From Candidatus Doudnabacteria bacterium (GTDB lineage Bacteria; Patescibacteriota; Doudnabacteria; UBA920): a DNA stretch of 64,000 nucleotides. Position 1 is the first letter of the stretch; each line of letters begins with the position of its first letter. Under the pieces are notes generated by a model. It was not told where the DNA came from and did not search any database. It saw only the letters and a program-made list of their open reading frames with translations. Both the position numbers and the translations under genes were made by a program. This document shows positions 53,746 to 64,000 of this stretch, piece by piece. The stretch lies in contig CAWINB010000001.1 of NCBI GenBank assembly GCA_963837465.1, positions 11,915-75,914 of the forward strand, in the 5' to 3' direction.

Positions 53746-54438
53746 ATGGCCTATTCCATGAATAAAGAATATAAAATTATCGACCTGACCCACTCGCTTT
53801 CCAGCGATATTCCCTCGTGGGATGATGGTTCCAGCTTTGAGCTATCTATCTCTACTGATTACACAGATTGCGCTCCGCCACATTTATTCCGGATGCAGAA
53901 GATAAAATCCTCCGCCAGCATGGGTACTCATATGGATTCACCGTCGCACGTAATTCCGGGAGGTAGAACAATAGACCAACTTAATTTAGAGGAACTTGTC
54001 GTTGACTGCGTTGTTGTTGATGTCAGTCAGCAAGTGGATGAGAATTATTTGGTCATGCCGGAAGTTTTAGAAAAGTTTGAAAAACAGTATGGAAAAATAC
54101 AGGCAGCTTCTTTCGTAATTTTTTATACCGGCTGGGATAAGCGCTGGCACAAACCAGCGGAGTATCGTAATAATTACAAATTTCCCAGTGTGGACATCTC
54201 CACGGCGGAAATTCTTGTTCAGAGAAATATCGCGGGTTTGGGTACCGACACTTTATCGTCCGACACAGGCCAAGCCGGTTTTCCAGCGCGCCGAGCCATT
54301 CTAGGAGCCAATAAATATCTTGTGGAAAACATCGCTAACGCTAACTTGCTGCCCCCAACCGGATCTAAAATTTTTATTCTGCCCACAAAAATAAAAAACG
54401 CCACGGAAGCCCCGGTTCGCTTAATCGCTTTGATATAA
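53746..54438 (+). CDS. cyclase/kynurenine formamidase family protein
   Basis: GTHMDSPSH, GTDTLS, VENIAN. Confidence 0.88.
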   Translation: MAYSMNKEYKIIDLTHSLSSDIPSWDDGSSFELSISTDYTDCAPPHLFRMQKIKSSASMGTHMDSPSHVIPGGRTIDQLNLEELVVDCVVVDVSQQVDENYLVMPEVLEKFEKQYGKIQAASFVIFYTGWDKRWHKPAEYRNNYKFPSVDISTAEILVQRNIAGLGTDTLSSDTGQAGFPARRAILGANKYLVENIANANLLPPTGSKIFILPTKIKNATEAPVRLIALI

Positions 54439-54526
54439 CCGTTTTCCAACCGTTGTTCATTTGTTTTTCCACTCTATCTTCATCCGTTTCCAAAATTTTG
54501 CCCCTTATTTTTAAAATACGTCTCTA

Positions 54527-54567
54527 TATAAAACCCCCTTTAAGGGAGCTTTCAAGGGGGTTTTATA
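54527..54567. terminator. bidirectional terminator
   Basis: tataaaaccccctt...aagggggttttata between convergent genes. Confidence 0.75.
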
Positions 54568-54598
54568 GAATTATTTTTGGGATAATGTAAAACAAAAA

Positions 54599-57500
54599 TT
54601 ATATCTTCGTCTTTGACCTGTAAAATAAAGTCGGCAGCAATACCAGCGTCAGCAGCAGGGCAAAGGCCAGGCCGAACATAACGGTAAAGGCCAGAGGCGC
54701 GAATGTGCCGCCTTCCAGTTCCAGAGGAACCATACCGATTACGGTGGTGATGGTGGTCAGCAAAATCGGACGCAATCTTCCCAATGCCGCCTCCAGGGTA
54801 ATATCCATTTTGGATTTCTCGGGTTCCGCCTCCCTTTTATGGACCAGGGAATCCGTAAGAATAATCGCGTGGTTAACTATAACCCCTCCTAAGGCGATAA
54901 ATCCCAGGAAAACGGGGAATGATAAAGTTTGTCCGGTCAGGGTCAATCCGCACAAAACCCCGATTAAAGACAGCGGCACAATAAACAGAAGATGCAAAGT
55001 GTCGTGCAGCGAATTGAAAGCCAGAACCAGAATCATAAACATCATTAAGAATCCGATAAGCAGGCAAAAAAACAACTGGCCAAATGACTGGCTGATGGCC
55101 TGCTGGTCGCCGCCGTAAGTTACAAAAACACCGGTCGGCAAATTAAGCTGCTTAAGCTTTTTCTGAAAATTGGCCACAATCACGCTGGGCGTTCCGTTGC
55201 CGACGGGGTAAGCCGAAATCGTTTCAATGCGTTGTTCGTTAAGATGCGATATCGTAGCGTTGCTGCTGTCCAGGGAACTGGTCAGAATTGAACCCAAAAG
55301 TACCGGCCCATTGGGAGTCTGGATGGACAGGTCCTCTATGCTGTCCAGCGTGGTGGCGGAAGTATCCGCGGGATCGGTAAAGTTTTCGTTTAAATTAAGT
55401 TTGACCACCACATTAATATTCTGCAAAGGCTCTTCAATCGTAGTGGCTATGGTCCCATTAATAGCGGCGCGCAAAGTTTCCGCCACCTCCTGCGCGGTCA
55501 GCCCCAAAGCCGTGGCTTTGGCGCGGTCTATGGAAAGCACGAACTCGGTGCCGTTGTTTTTGGTGGTGGTGGTAATATTGGAGGCGCCTGGGATGGTAGA
55601 CAGCAGTTGGGCTCCGGCATCCGCGGCCGTTACCAAATCGTTAAGATTGTTGCCGGTAAACTGAATCTGAATCGGAGCTCCACTGCCCGGCCCGCTGGTA
55701 GGTTGCAATACTTGAATAGAGGCGTCTTTTACCGGCGATAAAAGCCGTTCCAGTTCCGCCTGAACCTGGAAGCTGGTTTTTTTGTGGCCCGGCTGCAAGT
55801 TGACGGTAATGTTGGCGTAATTGCTGGAAGCGGAGCCGCTGCCGCTGAAGGCCGAGGTGGCGCCGACCGTGGTAACAAACGAAGCTGTGTCGGGATCGGT
55901 ATATAAAATTTCTTCCACTTCGCGGGCTGTTAAATCGGTTTGGTCGAGCGTTGTGCCCGGCGGCTTTTGGATATCGACATAAACATAGTCCTGGTTGGTT
56001 TGGGGGAAAAAACTGGTTTGAATAAGGCCTTTAAAAGGCAGCGCCAGGGCTATAACAAACAAGACGCACAGAGCCGCGAGAAAAATATTTTGGGCGGTCC
56101 TGTTTTTCAGAAACGCGCGTAGATGTTTTATGTACCAGGCGCGTGCGTTATCCGTAAACTCTTCCTGCTTTTTTTCCAGACGGTTGCGTTCCAGGTTGGT
56201 AAAAGCAATGGCAACCAGGGGCACAACAGCCAGCGCCACAAAGATGGACGCGATCAGCACAATAATAATGGTCACGGGCACATTGGATATGAACCTGCCC
56301 GTTGTGCCGGTCAGGTATATCAACGGAATAAACACCGCGATGGTTGAAGCGGTGCCCGCGATTAATGGCCAAGCATATTCTTTTAAAGAAGCCCGGGCGG
56401 CATCAAGCGTGTTGCCGTAAATTTTCATGCGGGCGTGGATGGCCTCGGTGACCACAATGCCGGAATCCACCAAAATACCTACGCCTAAAATCAGCGCGAA
56501 CAGGCTAATGAGATTCAGGGTGTTGCCGGTTTCGTAAAGGCCGATAAAGGCAATCAAAAACGACAACGGTATGGACAGAGCCGCTACAATGGATTCACGC
56601 CAGCCGATGGTTAAAAACAGCACGGCAATTATCAAAATAATCGTTTCCAAACCGGTGCGCACCAGTTCGCCCAGCTGTTCGGAAACCTGGAACCCCTGGT
56701 CGGTAGATGGAGGTACCAGTACCGTAAGTCCCTGCAGGCTTGTTTGGCTGAGGCTGCTTAGTTCGGCCTTTACGCCATTGGTCACCTGGGTCACATTGGC
56801 TCCCGTTTGCTCGTAAACCAAAAGCGTCATGGACTGGTTTGCCGGCTGGCCGCCGACGGATGCCCGCGAATAGGTAGTTGCCGGCGCCAAGCCGTCCGAT
56901 ATCAGCGCTATGTCCCGCAGATAAACAGTAGCGCCGTGGTTGTTGGCTATGGCAATGTCGCCAAGGTCGGAAGGGTCCGCTATGTTGCCCTGAAAATCAA
57001 CGTCATAATTGACGCCGTTTATGGTAATGTTGCCTGCCGGCAGAGAAGCGTTGCTGTTGGCAATAGCCGTGATAACATCCGTTAAACGCAGGCCCTGCGC
57101 CGCGAGCTTATCTTTATTTACCACAACATCAACTTCACGGATCGGGATTCCGGATACGTTTACTTCGGAAACGCCCGGCACGCTTTCAAGGTCATTGGTC
57201 AGAGTCTGGCCAAGGTCGGAAAATTCCGTTTGCGGCAAATCCCCGGAAATTGAAACCGAGATTACCGGCCGGTTATTGTAGTTGACTTGCGAGACCACTG
57301 GAGTGTTGGCCTGGGAAGGCAGCTGGGAAATGGTTTTGGAAACGGCGTCGCGGAGGTTCTGAAGCGCCTGGTCAATATCGGCATTGGCGTCAAACTGCAC
57401 TCTTATGGAAGAGACTCCTTCCTGGGAATTGGATGTCAGCGTATCAATGTCGCCGATGTTGACGATTTGTTCTTCCAGCGGGTTGGTAATCAACGATTCC

Positions 57501-57679
57501 ACGTCCTCGGCCGAAGCTCCGGGGAAAGTTGTGGTTACCGTGCCTACGGGAATATTAATGGCAGGCTCGGCCTCTTTTGGGATTTGATAGACGCAGTAAA
57601 ACCCGAACAGTACCAAAACAAGGACTAAAATTGTGCTGAATTCTCTTTTTCTGAGAAAAAAATTCCAAAATGGGTACAT
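54599..57679 (-). CDS. RND efflux permease (AcrB family)
   Basis: 1026 aa, GILVD, RLRPILLT. Confidence 0.95.
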   Translation of the reverse strand: MYPFWNFFLRKREFSTILVLVLVLFGFYCVYQIPKEAEPAINIPVGTVTTTFPGASAEDVESLITNPLEEQIVNIGDIDTLTSNSQEGVSSIRVQFDANADIDQALQNLRDAVSKTISQLPSQANTPVVSQVNYNNRPVISVSISGDLPQTEFSDLGQTLTNDLESVPGVSEVNVSGIPIREVDVVVNKDKLAAQGLRLTDVITAIANSNASLPAGNITINGVNYDVDFQGNIADPSDLGDIAIANNHGATVYLRDIALISDGLAPATTYSRASVGGQPANQSMTLLVYEQTGANVTQVTNGVKAELSSLSQTSLQGLTVLVPPSTDQGFQVSEQLGELVRTGLETIILIIAVLFLTIGWRESIVAALSIPLSFLIAFIGLYETGNTLNLISLFALILGVGILVDSGIVVTEAIHARMKIYGNTLDAARASLKEYAWPLIAGTASTIAVFIPLIYLTGTTGRFISNVPVTIIIVLIASIFVALAVVPLVAIAFTNLERNRLEKKQEEFTDNARAWYIKHLRAFLKNRTAQNIFLAALCVLFVIALALPFKGLIQTSFFPQTNQDYVYVDIQKPPGTTLDQTDLTAREVEEILYTDPDTASFVTTVGATSAFSGSGSASSNYANITVNLQPGHKKTSFQVQAELERLLSPVKDASIQVLQPTSGPGSGAPIQIQFTGNNLNDLVTAADAGAQLLSTIPGASNITTTTKNNGTEFVLSIDRAKATALGLTAQEVAETLRAAINGTIATTIEEPLQNINVVVKLNLNENFTDPADTSATTLDSIEDLSIQTPNGPVLLGSILTSSLDSSNATISHLNEQRIETISAYPVGNGTPSVIVANFQKKLKQLNLPTGVFVTYGGDQQAISQSFGQLFFCLLIGFLMMFMILVLAFNSLHDTLHLLFIVPLSLIGVLCGLTLTGQTLSFPVFLGFIALGGVIVNHAIILTDSLVHKREAEPEKSKMDITLEAALGRLRPILLTTITTVIGMVPLELEGGTFAPLAFTVMFGLAFALLLTLVLLPTLFYRSKTKI

Positions 57680-57908
57680 GGATGGGATTAGAAAATTTTA
57701 GGATTTCCGCACCTGACTGTTTGACTGCAGGCTAGAAGTAGCCGGATAAATTTGTTTTGACTCACGTCTTGCCCCGCGTGGGTTTAACTACTATCTACAT
57801 TATTACCAGGCAAGGCGAAGGCAAAAAAATTTTCCAGCTGCCTCTGGCCTTGAATGTGGCCGGTAGATTTTAATTATTTTTCAGATAGGTTCTCGTTAGC
57901 CCTGCCTG

Positions 57909-59426
57909 TTATTGCTTAACGCTAACCTTTTCTCCGCTAGTCAGCCCACGGGCATCGGTCACTATAACCATATTTGGAGACAGGCCGCTTAAAACAATAA
58001 TATTGTCGCCGAGAATGGATCCAATTTGAACGGAGTGAGAGACCAGAGTTTTTGTGGCGCTGTCCACGGTAAAGACTACCGGGCCGGAGGGGGTAATTTT
58101 TAAAGCCACGATGGGGATGGTGTTGGAGCCGGTGGTGGAAATGTCCCGGGCAGGCGAAATTTCCGTCCTGGTTAAATCAACTGTCACGGAATCGCCGTCG
58201 GTTAGACCCGATCCATCCGGCAGCCCTACTTCCACCTCAATAGCGCCTGTTTTTGGATCTATAGTTTGTGTAACCTGGGTTAAACTGCCGGATATGGTAT
58301 TGTTTACCGTGGCTTTGTTGCCTACGGCAATGGTTTGGGCATCATCCGGAGTTACGTAAGCCACTACTTTAAGCGCCTTGGGATTGGAAACTTCCGCCAC
58401 TTCGGCCGAAGATGATATGTAATCGCCGCCGGTTACGGGCAGGTTAATAATGGTTCCTGAAATCGGACTTGTTATTATGGTTTTTTCCAAAGCCGATTTT
58501 GCCACGTCAAGAGCGCCGAGTGATTCTTCGGCATTGGCCTGGGCCTGAAGCAGCGCTGCGTTGGCGCTGGAAACCTGCGACTGGGACGCGCTTATTTGAG
58601 CGTCGCTGGTTTTTAAAGCCGTCTGGTAAGCGTTGGAGTTTGCCACGTAAACGGCCGCGGAAGTGTTGGGGATGTTTACGGTCCAGGTGTCGGAGGGCGA
58701 TACATTCATACTGCTAAACTGGATAAACAAACCGTTGCTTCCCAAAGCTACCGGCTGAGTTTTAACTTCGCCGGTGGCTTTTTCCAATCCCTGGGTCTGG
58801 AACTCCAAACCATTGCCCGTACTGTACAGGCTGATATTATAAAACCCATCATCCGTGCCGGTATAGGTGCCGCTAATGGTAGCTGTAACGTTATCGTTGC
58901 TCGGGCCGGGAATGGCCGCGATGGAACCGTTTAACAATGTAGTGCTGGCGTTTTGGACCGCGGTCATCTGTTGGGCTTGGGTATTGTTTAAGGCCGCGTT
59001 GGCATTGTTTAAGCTAACCTGCGAAGCGGCCACGGCCGCCTGGGCCGCCGCGTAAGCTCCCCGCGCTTGCGATACCGAGGCCTGCTCGCTGCTGTTTTCC
59101 AGGGTCGCGATAACTTCACCGGCGGAAACATAATCACCCAGCTGTTTGTTCAGGGTCACTATTTCACCCGAGTCCTGGGAAAGAATTGTGGCATCGTCCT
59201 GGGAAGTCACGGTTCCAATGACCGAAAGAGGCGCGTTCCCCGGGGAAAGGCTGCCGACGGCGGCGACGCTAACCTGCTCCGACGCGGGCCGGGCCGCCTT
59301 GGCTACCGGCTGTTTTTTACGCGTTAAAAAATAACCGGCGGCGCCACCTATTATTAATATAATAATTACTACTATTAAAAGTCTCCGCGGCCAGCGTTTT
59401 TTTGAATCAGCCGAAGTTGTTTTCAT
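57909..59426 (-). CDS. RND membrane-fusion protein
   Basis: TM, lipoyl hairpin, coiled coil, SPISG. Confidence 0.88.
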   Translation of the reverse strand: MKTTSADSKKRWPRRLLIVVIIILIIGGAAGYFLTRKKQPVAKAARPASEQVSVAAVGSLSPGNAPLSVIGTVTSQDDATILSQDSGEIVTLNKQLGDYVSAGEVIATLENSSEQASVSQARGAYAAAQAAVAASQVSLNNANAALNNTQAQQMTAVQNASTTLLNGSIAAIPGPSNDNVTATISGTYTGTDDGFYNISLYSTGNGLEFQTQGLEKATGEVKTQPVALGSNGLFIQFSSMNVSPSDTWTVNIPNTSAAVYVANSNAYQTALKTSDAQISASQSQVSSANAALLQAQANAEESLGALDVAKSALEKTIITSPISGTIINLPVTGGDYISSSAEVAEVSNPKALKVVAYVTPDDAQTIAVGNKATVNNTISGSLTQVTQTIDPKTGAIEVEVGLPDGSGLTDGDSVTVDLTRTEISPARDISTTGSNTIPIVALKITPSGPVVFTVDSATKTLVSHSVQIGSILGDNIIVLSGLSPNMVIVTDARGLTSGEKVSVKQ

Positions 59427-59691
59427 ATTCTGTGTTTAATTGTCGATTGTATAAAATTCAGACACGTTATAATTATACAGCATTTGTTCTTATGCTAGGC
59501 CGTATACTTGTGGAAATTAAGGCAACCTCCCATAACTTTGAAAAAAATTAAAAACCAAACTTTAAACATTATACGAGCCTCCCCTTAAATTTGGCGCATA
59601 TAAACTTGGTTTAAAGTTCGCCCCCGAAAATTTATTGACAAACTATACTGGTTGTGTTCTAAGCGATTATTGTATAATATTATGGAAACCA

Positions 59692-60619
59692 ATGACAAAT
59701 TTACTTGAAGTCAATAACCTGGTTAAAAATTACGGTTCCTTCCGCGCCGTGGACGGAATATCTTTTGTTGTGCCAGAAGGGCAGATTGTGGGACTTTTGG
59801 GCCCAAACGGAGCCGGTAAAACCACCACTATCCATATGCTGCTCGGAATAGTCAGTACCGATGGCGGCGGCATCAAATATTTTGGCAAGGATTTCGCTTC
59901 AAACCGCCGGGAGTGCCTGCGGCGGATTAATTTCGCCTCTTCTTTTAACACTTTGCAGGGCAGGATTTCGGTCTGGGAAAATTTACTGGTGTTTGGCGGG
60001 ACTGTACAGCCTGAAAAATCCGGATAAAAAAATCAGGGAGCTGGCGGAATATTTTGAAGTTACCGACTTGCTGGATAAAAGGTTTTGGGATCTCTCGGCC
60101 GGACAAAAAACCCGGGTTAATTTAATAAAATCTTTGCTCAATGAACCGGCAATCATCCTTATGGATGAGCCGACCGCTTCGCTTGACCCGGATATTGCCG
60201 ACAAAACCCTAAGTCTTATTGAACAGCTCAATAAATCCAAGGGCCTGTCTATTTTGTATACCAGCCACAATATGAATGAGGTAACCAGAATCTGCCGGCA
60301 GGTTATTTTTCTTGACCACGGTAAAATAGTGGCCCATGACACCCCGGTTGGCTTAACCAAGCGTATCGGCAAAGCGGAACTGCGCCTGACTTTTGACGGC
60401 GACAAAAAACAGCTCCAGGTTTTGCTCGAGGGTAATAATAATAAATTCAGTTTCCCCAATGATTATTCGGTCATTATTCAGGCTGAGGATAATCTTATGC
60501 CGCAAATTATTGCCCGGCTCCACCAGGCCGGCGCCCGGATAACCGATATGGAAATCAATAAGCCAACGCTGGACGATGTGTTTTTAAATATAGCGAGAGG
60601 GGGCAAAAATGTCGTTTAG
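59692..60619 (+). CDS. ABC ATPase (frameshift ~60000)
   Basis: GPNGAGKTT in ORF 59635; LSAGQ and MDEPT in ORF 59861. Confidence 0.88.
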
Positions 60620-61371
60620 CAGAATCAGGGCAATTTTGCTCCAGGAATTTTACATTACCAAGCGTTCGCTGGAAGTTATCATCGATACTTTTTTCTTTTC
60701 CGCCATATCAATTATAGTCTTCAGCTTTATGGCGATTTTTATTTCCAAAACCGCGGGTCGGCTGGCCGCGCGTGAGGTGCTGGTCGGGGTATTGTTGTGG
60801 GAAATTATCCGCATCACCCAGTACTCTTTGTCCGTGGGCAGCCTGTGGAATATTTGGTCAAGAAATTTAAGCAATATGTTCATTACGCCGCTTTCACTGA
60901 CGGAATATATGCTGGCCGGAATATTTTCCGGCCTGGCCAAAGCCCTGATAAATTTTGGCATTATAGCCCTGATTGCCGGGCTGATTTTTAGGTTTAATGT
61001 TTTTAATCTGGGAACCGGCAATCTTGTCCTCTATTTTATAAACCTGAGTATTTTTGCCTGGTCAACGGGCTTTGCCATTGTGGGCGTTATCATGTGTTAC
61101 GGCACGCGCGTACAGGCCCTGGCTTGGGGCGCGGTGTTTTTATTCCAGCCTCTGACCGCGGCGTTTTTTCCGGGGCCTTGCTTATCTGTTTCCGGCCACT
61201 TATATTTTTGAAGCCGCCCGCGCGAATCTGGCCGGGCTCCCCGCCAACTGGCCATACCTGGCCTGGGCTTTTGCCGAAAATATTATTTATTTTATTCTGT
61301 CGGTCCGGTTTTTAAATTTTATGTTCAGCCGCTCCAAGCAAACCGGCCAGTTCGCCAGGAATGAGCAGTAA
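60609..61371 (+). pseudogene. ABC-2 permease with frameshift/deletion at ~61172
   Basis: C-terminus PATYIFEAAR...FARNEQ* in another frame; usual LP.W segment missing. Confidence 0.75.
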
Positions 61372-61515
61372 TTTACTGCCCCTGAAAATTTTGTGAAATT
61401 TGTAAAAGCTCATACCAAGGCTGGTAATTTAACCTCCATCCAACCCGACCCCGTAAGTCCGGATAAAAAATGGCCGGAAGATCCGAGTAAGGCTTCTCGA
61501 AATAAATTAATTTTT

Positions 61516-61947
61516 ATGCCCAACAGGCAACTTGTAAAGGACACATTAAATATCTACGCCGCGGCCTGGCAGACGCGGGATTCAAACCTTATCCTGACTA
61601 TTTTTACGCCGGACGCCCGTTATCAGGAAGGGCCGTTCGCGAAGGCCATGGTTGGACATAGGGAAATCAAGGCTTACTGGGATAAAAAAGTCGTAAAGGA
61701 ACAAAAAAATATCAAGCCCGTTATAAAAAATTTTTTGATTGAGGGCGACCAGTGCGCGGTGGAATGGCACGCGGAATTTGACGATTTGGCGGCGGATCAG
61801 CGGATAAAAATGTACGAGGTAATGTTTTTAAAGTTCAGGGACGGGAAAATTTCTTCCCTGCGGGAAAGCTGGGTCATAGAGCGAAAGTGGGGCCCGGGCA
61901 GGTTTAAAAGGCTTGCTGAGCGAATAAGGCGTTTGGGGAAAATCTAG
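61516..61947 (+). CDS. SnoaL/NTF2-like protein
   Basis: FTPDARYQE, DGKISSLRE. Confidence 0.8.
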   Translation: MPNRQLVKDTLNIYAAAWQTRDSNLILTIFTPDARYQEGPFAKAMVGHREIKAYWDKKVVKEQKNIKPVIKNFLIEGDQCAVEWHAEFDDLAADQRIKMYEVMFLKFRDGKISSLRESWVIERKWGPGRFKRLAERIRRLGKI

Positions 61948-61968
61948 GATTTTTGGAATTCGGTTATT

Positions 61969-61994
61969 AAGTACCGGTTTGACCGGTACTTTTT
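61969..61994 (+). terminator. intrinsic terminator
   Basis: aagtaccggt-ttg-accggtactt followed by a T-run. Confidence 0.7.
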
Positions 61995-62045
61995 AGTGGA
62001 TGATTTCGCTTTGTTTGGTTATAATCAAAGCAAGGAATAAATAAT

Positions 62046-63926
62046 ATGGCAGCCGGACCAAGGTTCGGAGCGGCAAGATCATTTAGCCGCGACTCATCGG
62101 TAACCAATCAAAAAATCCCGCCAGGCACCACCCGGCGTATTATCCGTTTCTCCAAACCCTGGCGGGGGATGCTGGTCGGGTTTTTTGCCCTGGTCGTAAT
62201 TGACGCTCTGTTTACCATTGCCAACCCGCTTATTTACCGAGAAATAATCGACAAGGGAATTTTAACCGGCAACACCGCGCTGATTATCCGGCTGGCTTTA
62301 CTTGTTGCCGGTATTGCCGTTTTGGATGCCGGCGAAACTTTGTGGCGCACCGGACTTTCGGCCAAAATCGGCGCGGCCATGGTTTATGATTTGCGGGTAA
62401 AAGTTTTTAGCCACATCCAAAATATGTCCCTGGCTTTTTTTACCCGCACCCAGACCGGCGCTTTGGTCAGCCGTTTAAATAATGATGTTACCGGAGTGCG
62501 CGACGCCTTTACCGATTTTTTAAACAATGTCGTGGGCAATGTTGTCAGCGTGACGCTTACGCTGGCCGCCATGTTTTTTTTGTCGTGGCGGCTTACAATT
62601 GTCGCGCTCATACTGCTGCCGGTATTTATTTTGCCCGCCCGCTACGTAGGCAAGCGCCTCCAGGAGCTGACCCGGGAAAATTACAATTTATTGTCCGACA
62701 TGAACAATATTATGATAGAGCGGTTTAACGTAGCCGGCGCGCAACTGGCAAAAATTTTCGGCCGTCCCGAAGCCGAAACTGCTTTTTTTGAAAAAAAGGC
62801 CGCCCGCGTCCGCGACATCGGCACGGCCATTACCGTTTACTCGCGGTTTTTCTTTATCGCCCTGGGCCTTACCGCTACCATTGCCGTGGCTTTTGTTTAC
62901 GGCTACGGCGGCGTGCTTACGGCGCGCCACGCTTTGGATGTCGGTACCTTGGTAGCCTTGGCCTCTTATTTAGCCAGGCTGTACGGCCCGCTGACATCAC
63001 TTTCCAATGTCCAGGTCGATGTATTGACAACCCTGGTTTCTTTTGACCGTGTGTTTGAAGTCCTGGATTTACAGCCGCAAATTATTGAGAAACCAAACGC
63101 AATTGAGCTAAAGCCAGGTCCGGCCAAAATTGAATTTAGAAATGTTAATTTCAGCTACCCCGCGGCCGGTGAAGTGTCCTTGGCATCGCTGGAGTCCGTG
63201 GCGACTTTAAGCAAAACCGTGGAAAAGCAGGTTTTGTTTGATGTCAGTTTTACGGCCGGGCCCGGGCAGCTGGTGGCGTTGGTCGGTCCTTCCGGCGCCG
63301 GCAAAACCACCATTACGCAATTGGTCGGCAGGTTTTACGATCCCCAGTCCGGCTCTGTCCGCATCAATAACATAGATATCCGTGACGCGAAGCTGGAATC
63401 CCTCCATTCCATAATCGGCACGGTGACTCAGGAAGCGCATATGTTCCATGATACAATCCGCGCCAACCTGCTTTACGCCAAACCCGACGCCACGGAAACG
63501 GAAATTACCAACGCCCTGCGCGCGGCGCGAATCCTACCGCTGGTGGAATCTTTGGCCGATAAGCTGGATACCATGGTGGGGGAGCGGGGTTATCGTTTAT
63601 CCGGCGGGGAAAAACAAAGGTTGGCCATCGCGCGCCTGCTGTTAAAAGCCCCTGACATTGTTATTTTAGATGAAGCTACGGCGCATTTGGATTCCGAATC
63701 CGAGCAGGCCATTCAAAAAGCTTTTGAAGTGGCTTTGGCCGGACGCGCTTCCCTGGTTATTGCCCACCGGCTGTCCACCATAATTAACGCCGATTTGATC
63801 CTGGTTGTGGAAAACGGACGCGTAGCGGAGCGCGGGCGGCACGAAGAACTTTTGGCGCAAAACGGGCTGTACGCGGAACTTTACGGGACGCAATTCGCGA
63901 ACAAAAAACAGCAGGGCCGTTTTTAA
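62046..63926 (+). CDS. ABC exporter, fused permease/ATPase
   Basis: GPSGAGKTT, LSGGEKQR, LDEAT. Confidence 0.95.
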   Translation: MAAGPRFGAARSFSRDSSVTNQKIPPGTTRRIIRFSKPWRGMLVGFFALVVIDALFTIANPLIYREIIDKGILTGNTALIIRLALLVAGIAVLDAGETLWRTGLSAKIGAAMVYDLRVKVFSHIQNMSLAFFTRTQTGALVSRLNNDVTGVRDAFTDFLNNVVGNVVSVTLTLAAMFFLSWRLTIVALILLPVFILPARYVGKRLQELTRENYNLLSDMNNIMIERFNVAGAQLAKIFGRPEAETAFFEKKAARVRDIGTAITVYSRFFFIALGLTATIAVAFVYGYGGVLTARHALDVGTLVALASYLARLYGPLTSLSNVQVDVLTTLVSFDRVFEVLDLQPQIIEKPNAIELKPGPAKIEFRNVNFSYPAAGEVSLASLESVATLSKTVEKQVLFDVSFTAGPGQLVALVGPSGAGKTTITQLVGRFYDPQSGSVRINNIDIRDAKLESLHSIIGTVTQEAHMFHDTIRANLLYAKPDATETEITNALRAARILPLVESLADKLDTMVGERGYRLSGGEKQRLAIARLLLKAPDIVILDEATAHLDSESEQAIQKAFEVALAGRASLVIAHRLSTIINADLILVVENGRVAERGRHEELLAQNGLYAELYGTQFANKKQQGRF

Positions 63927-64000
63927 CATTAGCCCGCGAAAAACAAATCCTTATAGCTAAAACGCGGCGGTTTATCATGTCAAGATAAAATTTGTAACGG

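Overview
The window joins two unrelated DNAs at about 18,588. Segment A (1 to ~18,587) is very GC-rich, plasmid-like and probably from a planctomycete (inference). It carries the right end of a Tn3 transposon inserted in a tyrosine-recombinase gene, a candidate wHTH replication protein, an ~800-bp array with 8/16-bp periodicity upstream of parA plus three ribbon-helix-helix-like genes, an AbiE toxin-antitoxin pair, and a duplicated Uma2 + small-HTH module. It has many single-base frameshifts, probably sequencing errors. Segment B (~18,588-64,000) is AT-richer chromosome resembling CPR/Patescibacteria (inference). It begins inside lepA and holds murI, four tRNAs, a full F1Fo ATP synthase operon, an IS4, an IS1595 with passenger genes, ABC/RND transporters and a two-component system. 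The most striking structure is the atp operon, where almost every gene junction holds a palindromic repeat element, with or without a cargo gene. These include a GIY-YIG nuclease flanked by TGTC...GACA palindromes, a four-helix-bundle gene flanked by inverted heptamer arrays, and empty 7-mer, 10-mer and GTAG palindromes. The GIY-YIG-associated palindrome is also inserted in-frame three times inside atpG (twice) and atpD. Other candidates are a duplicated unclassified structured-RNA motif (~51.8 and ~53.6 kb) and a stand-alone transcript encoding a 22-aa Lys-rich peptide.
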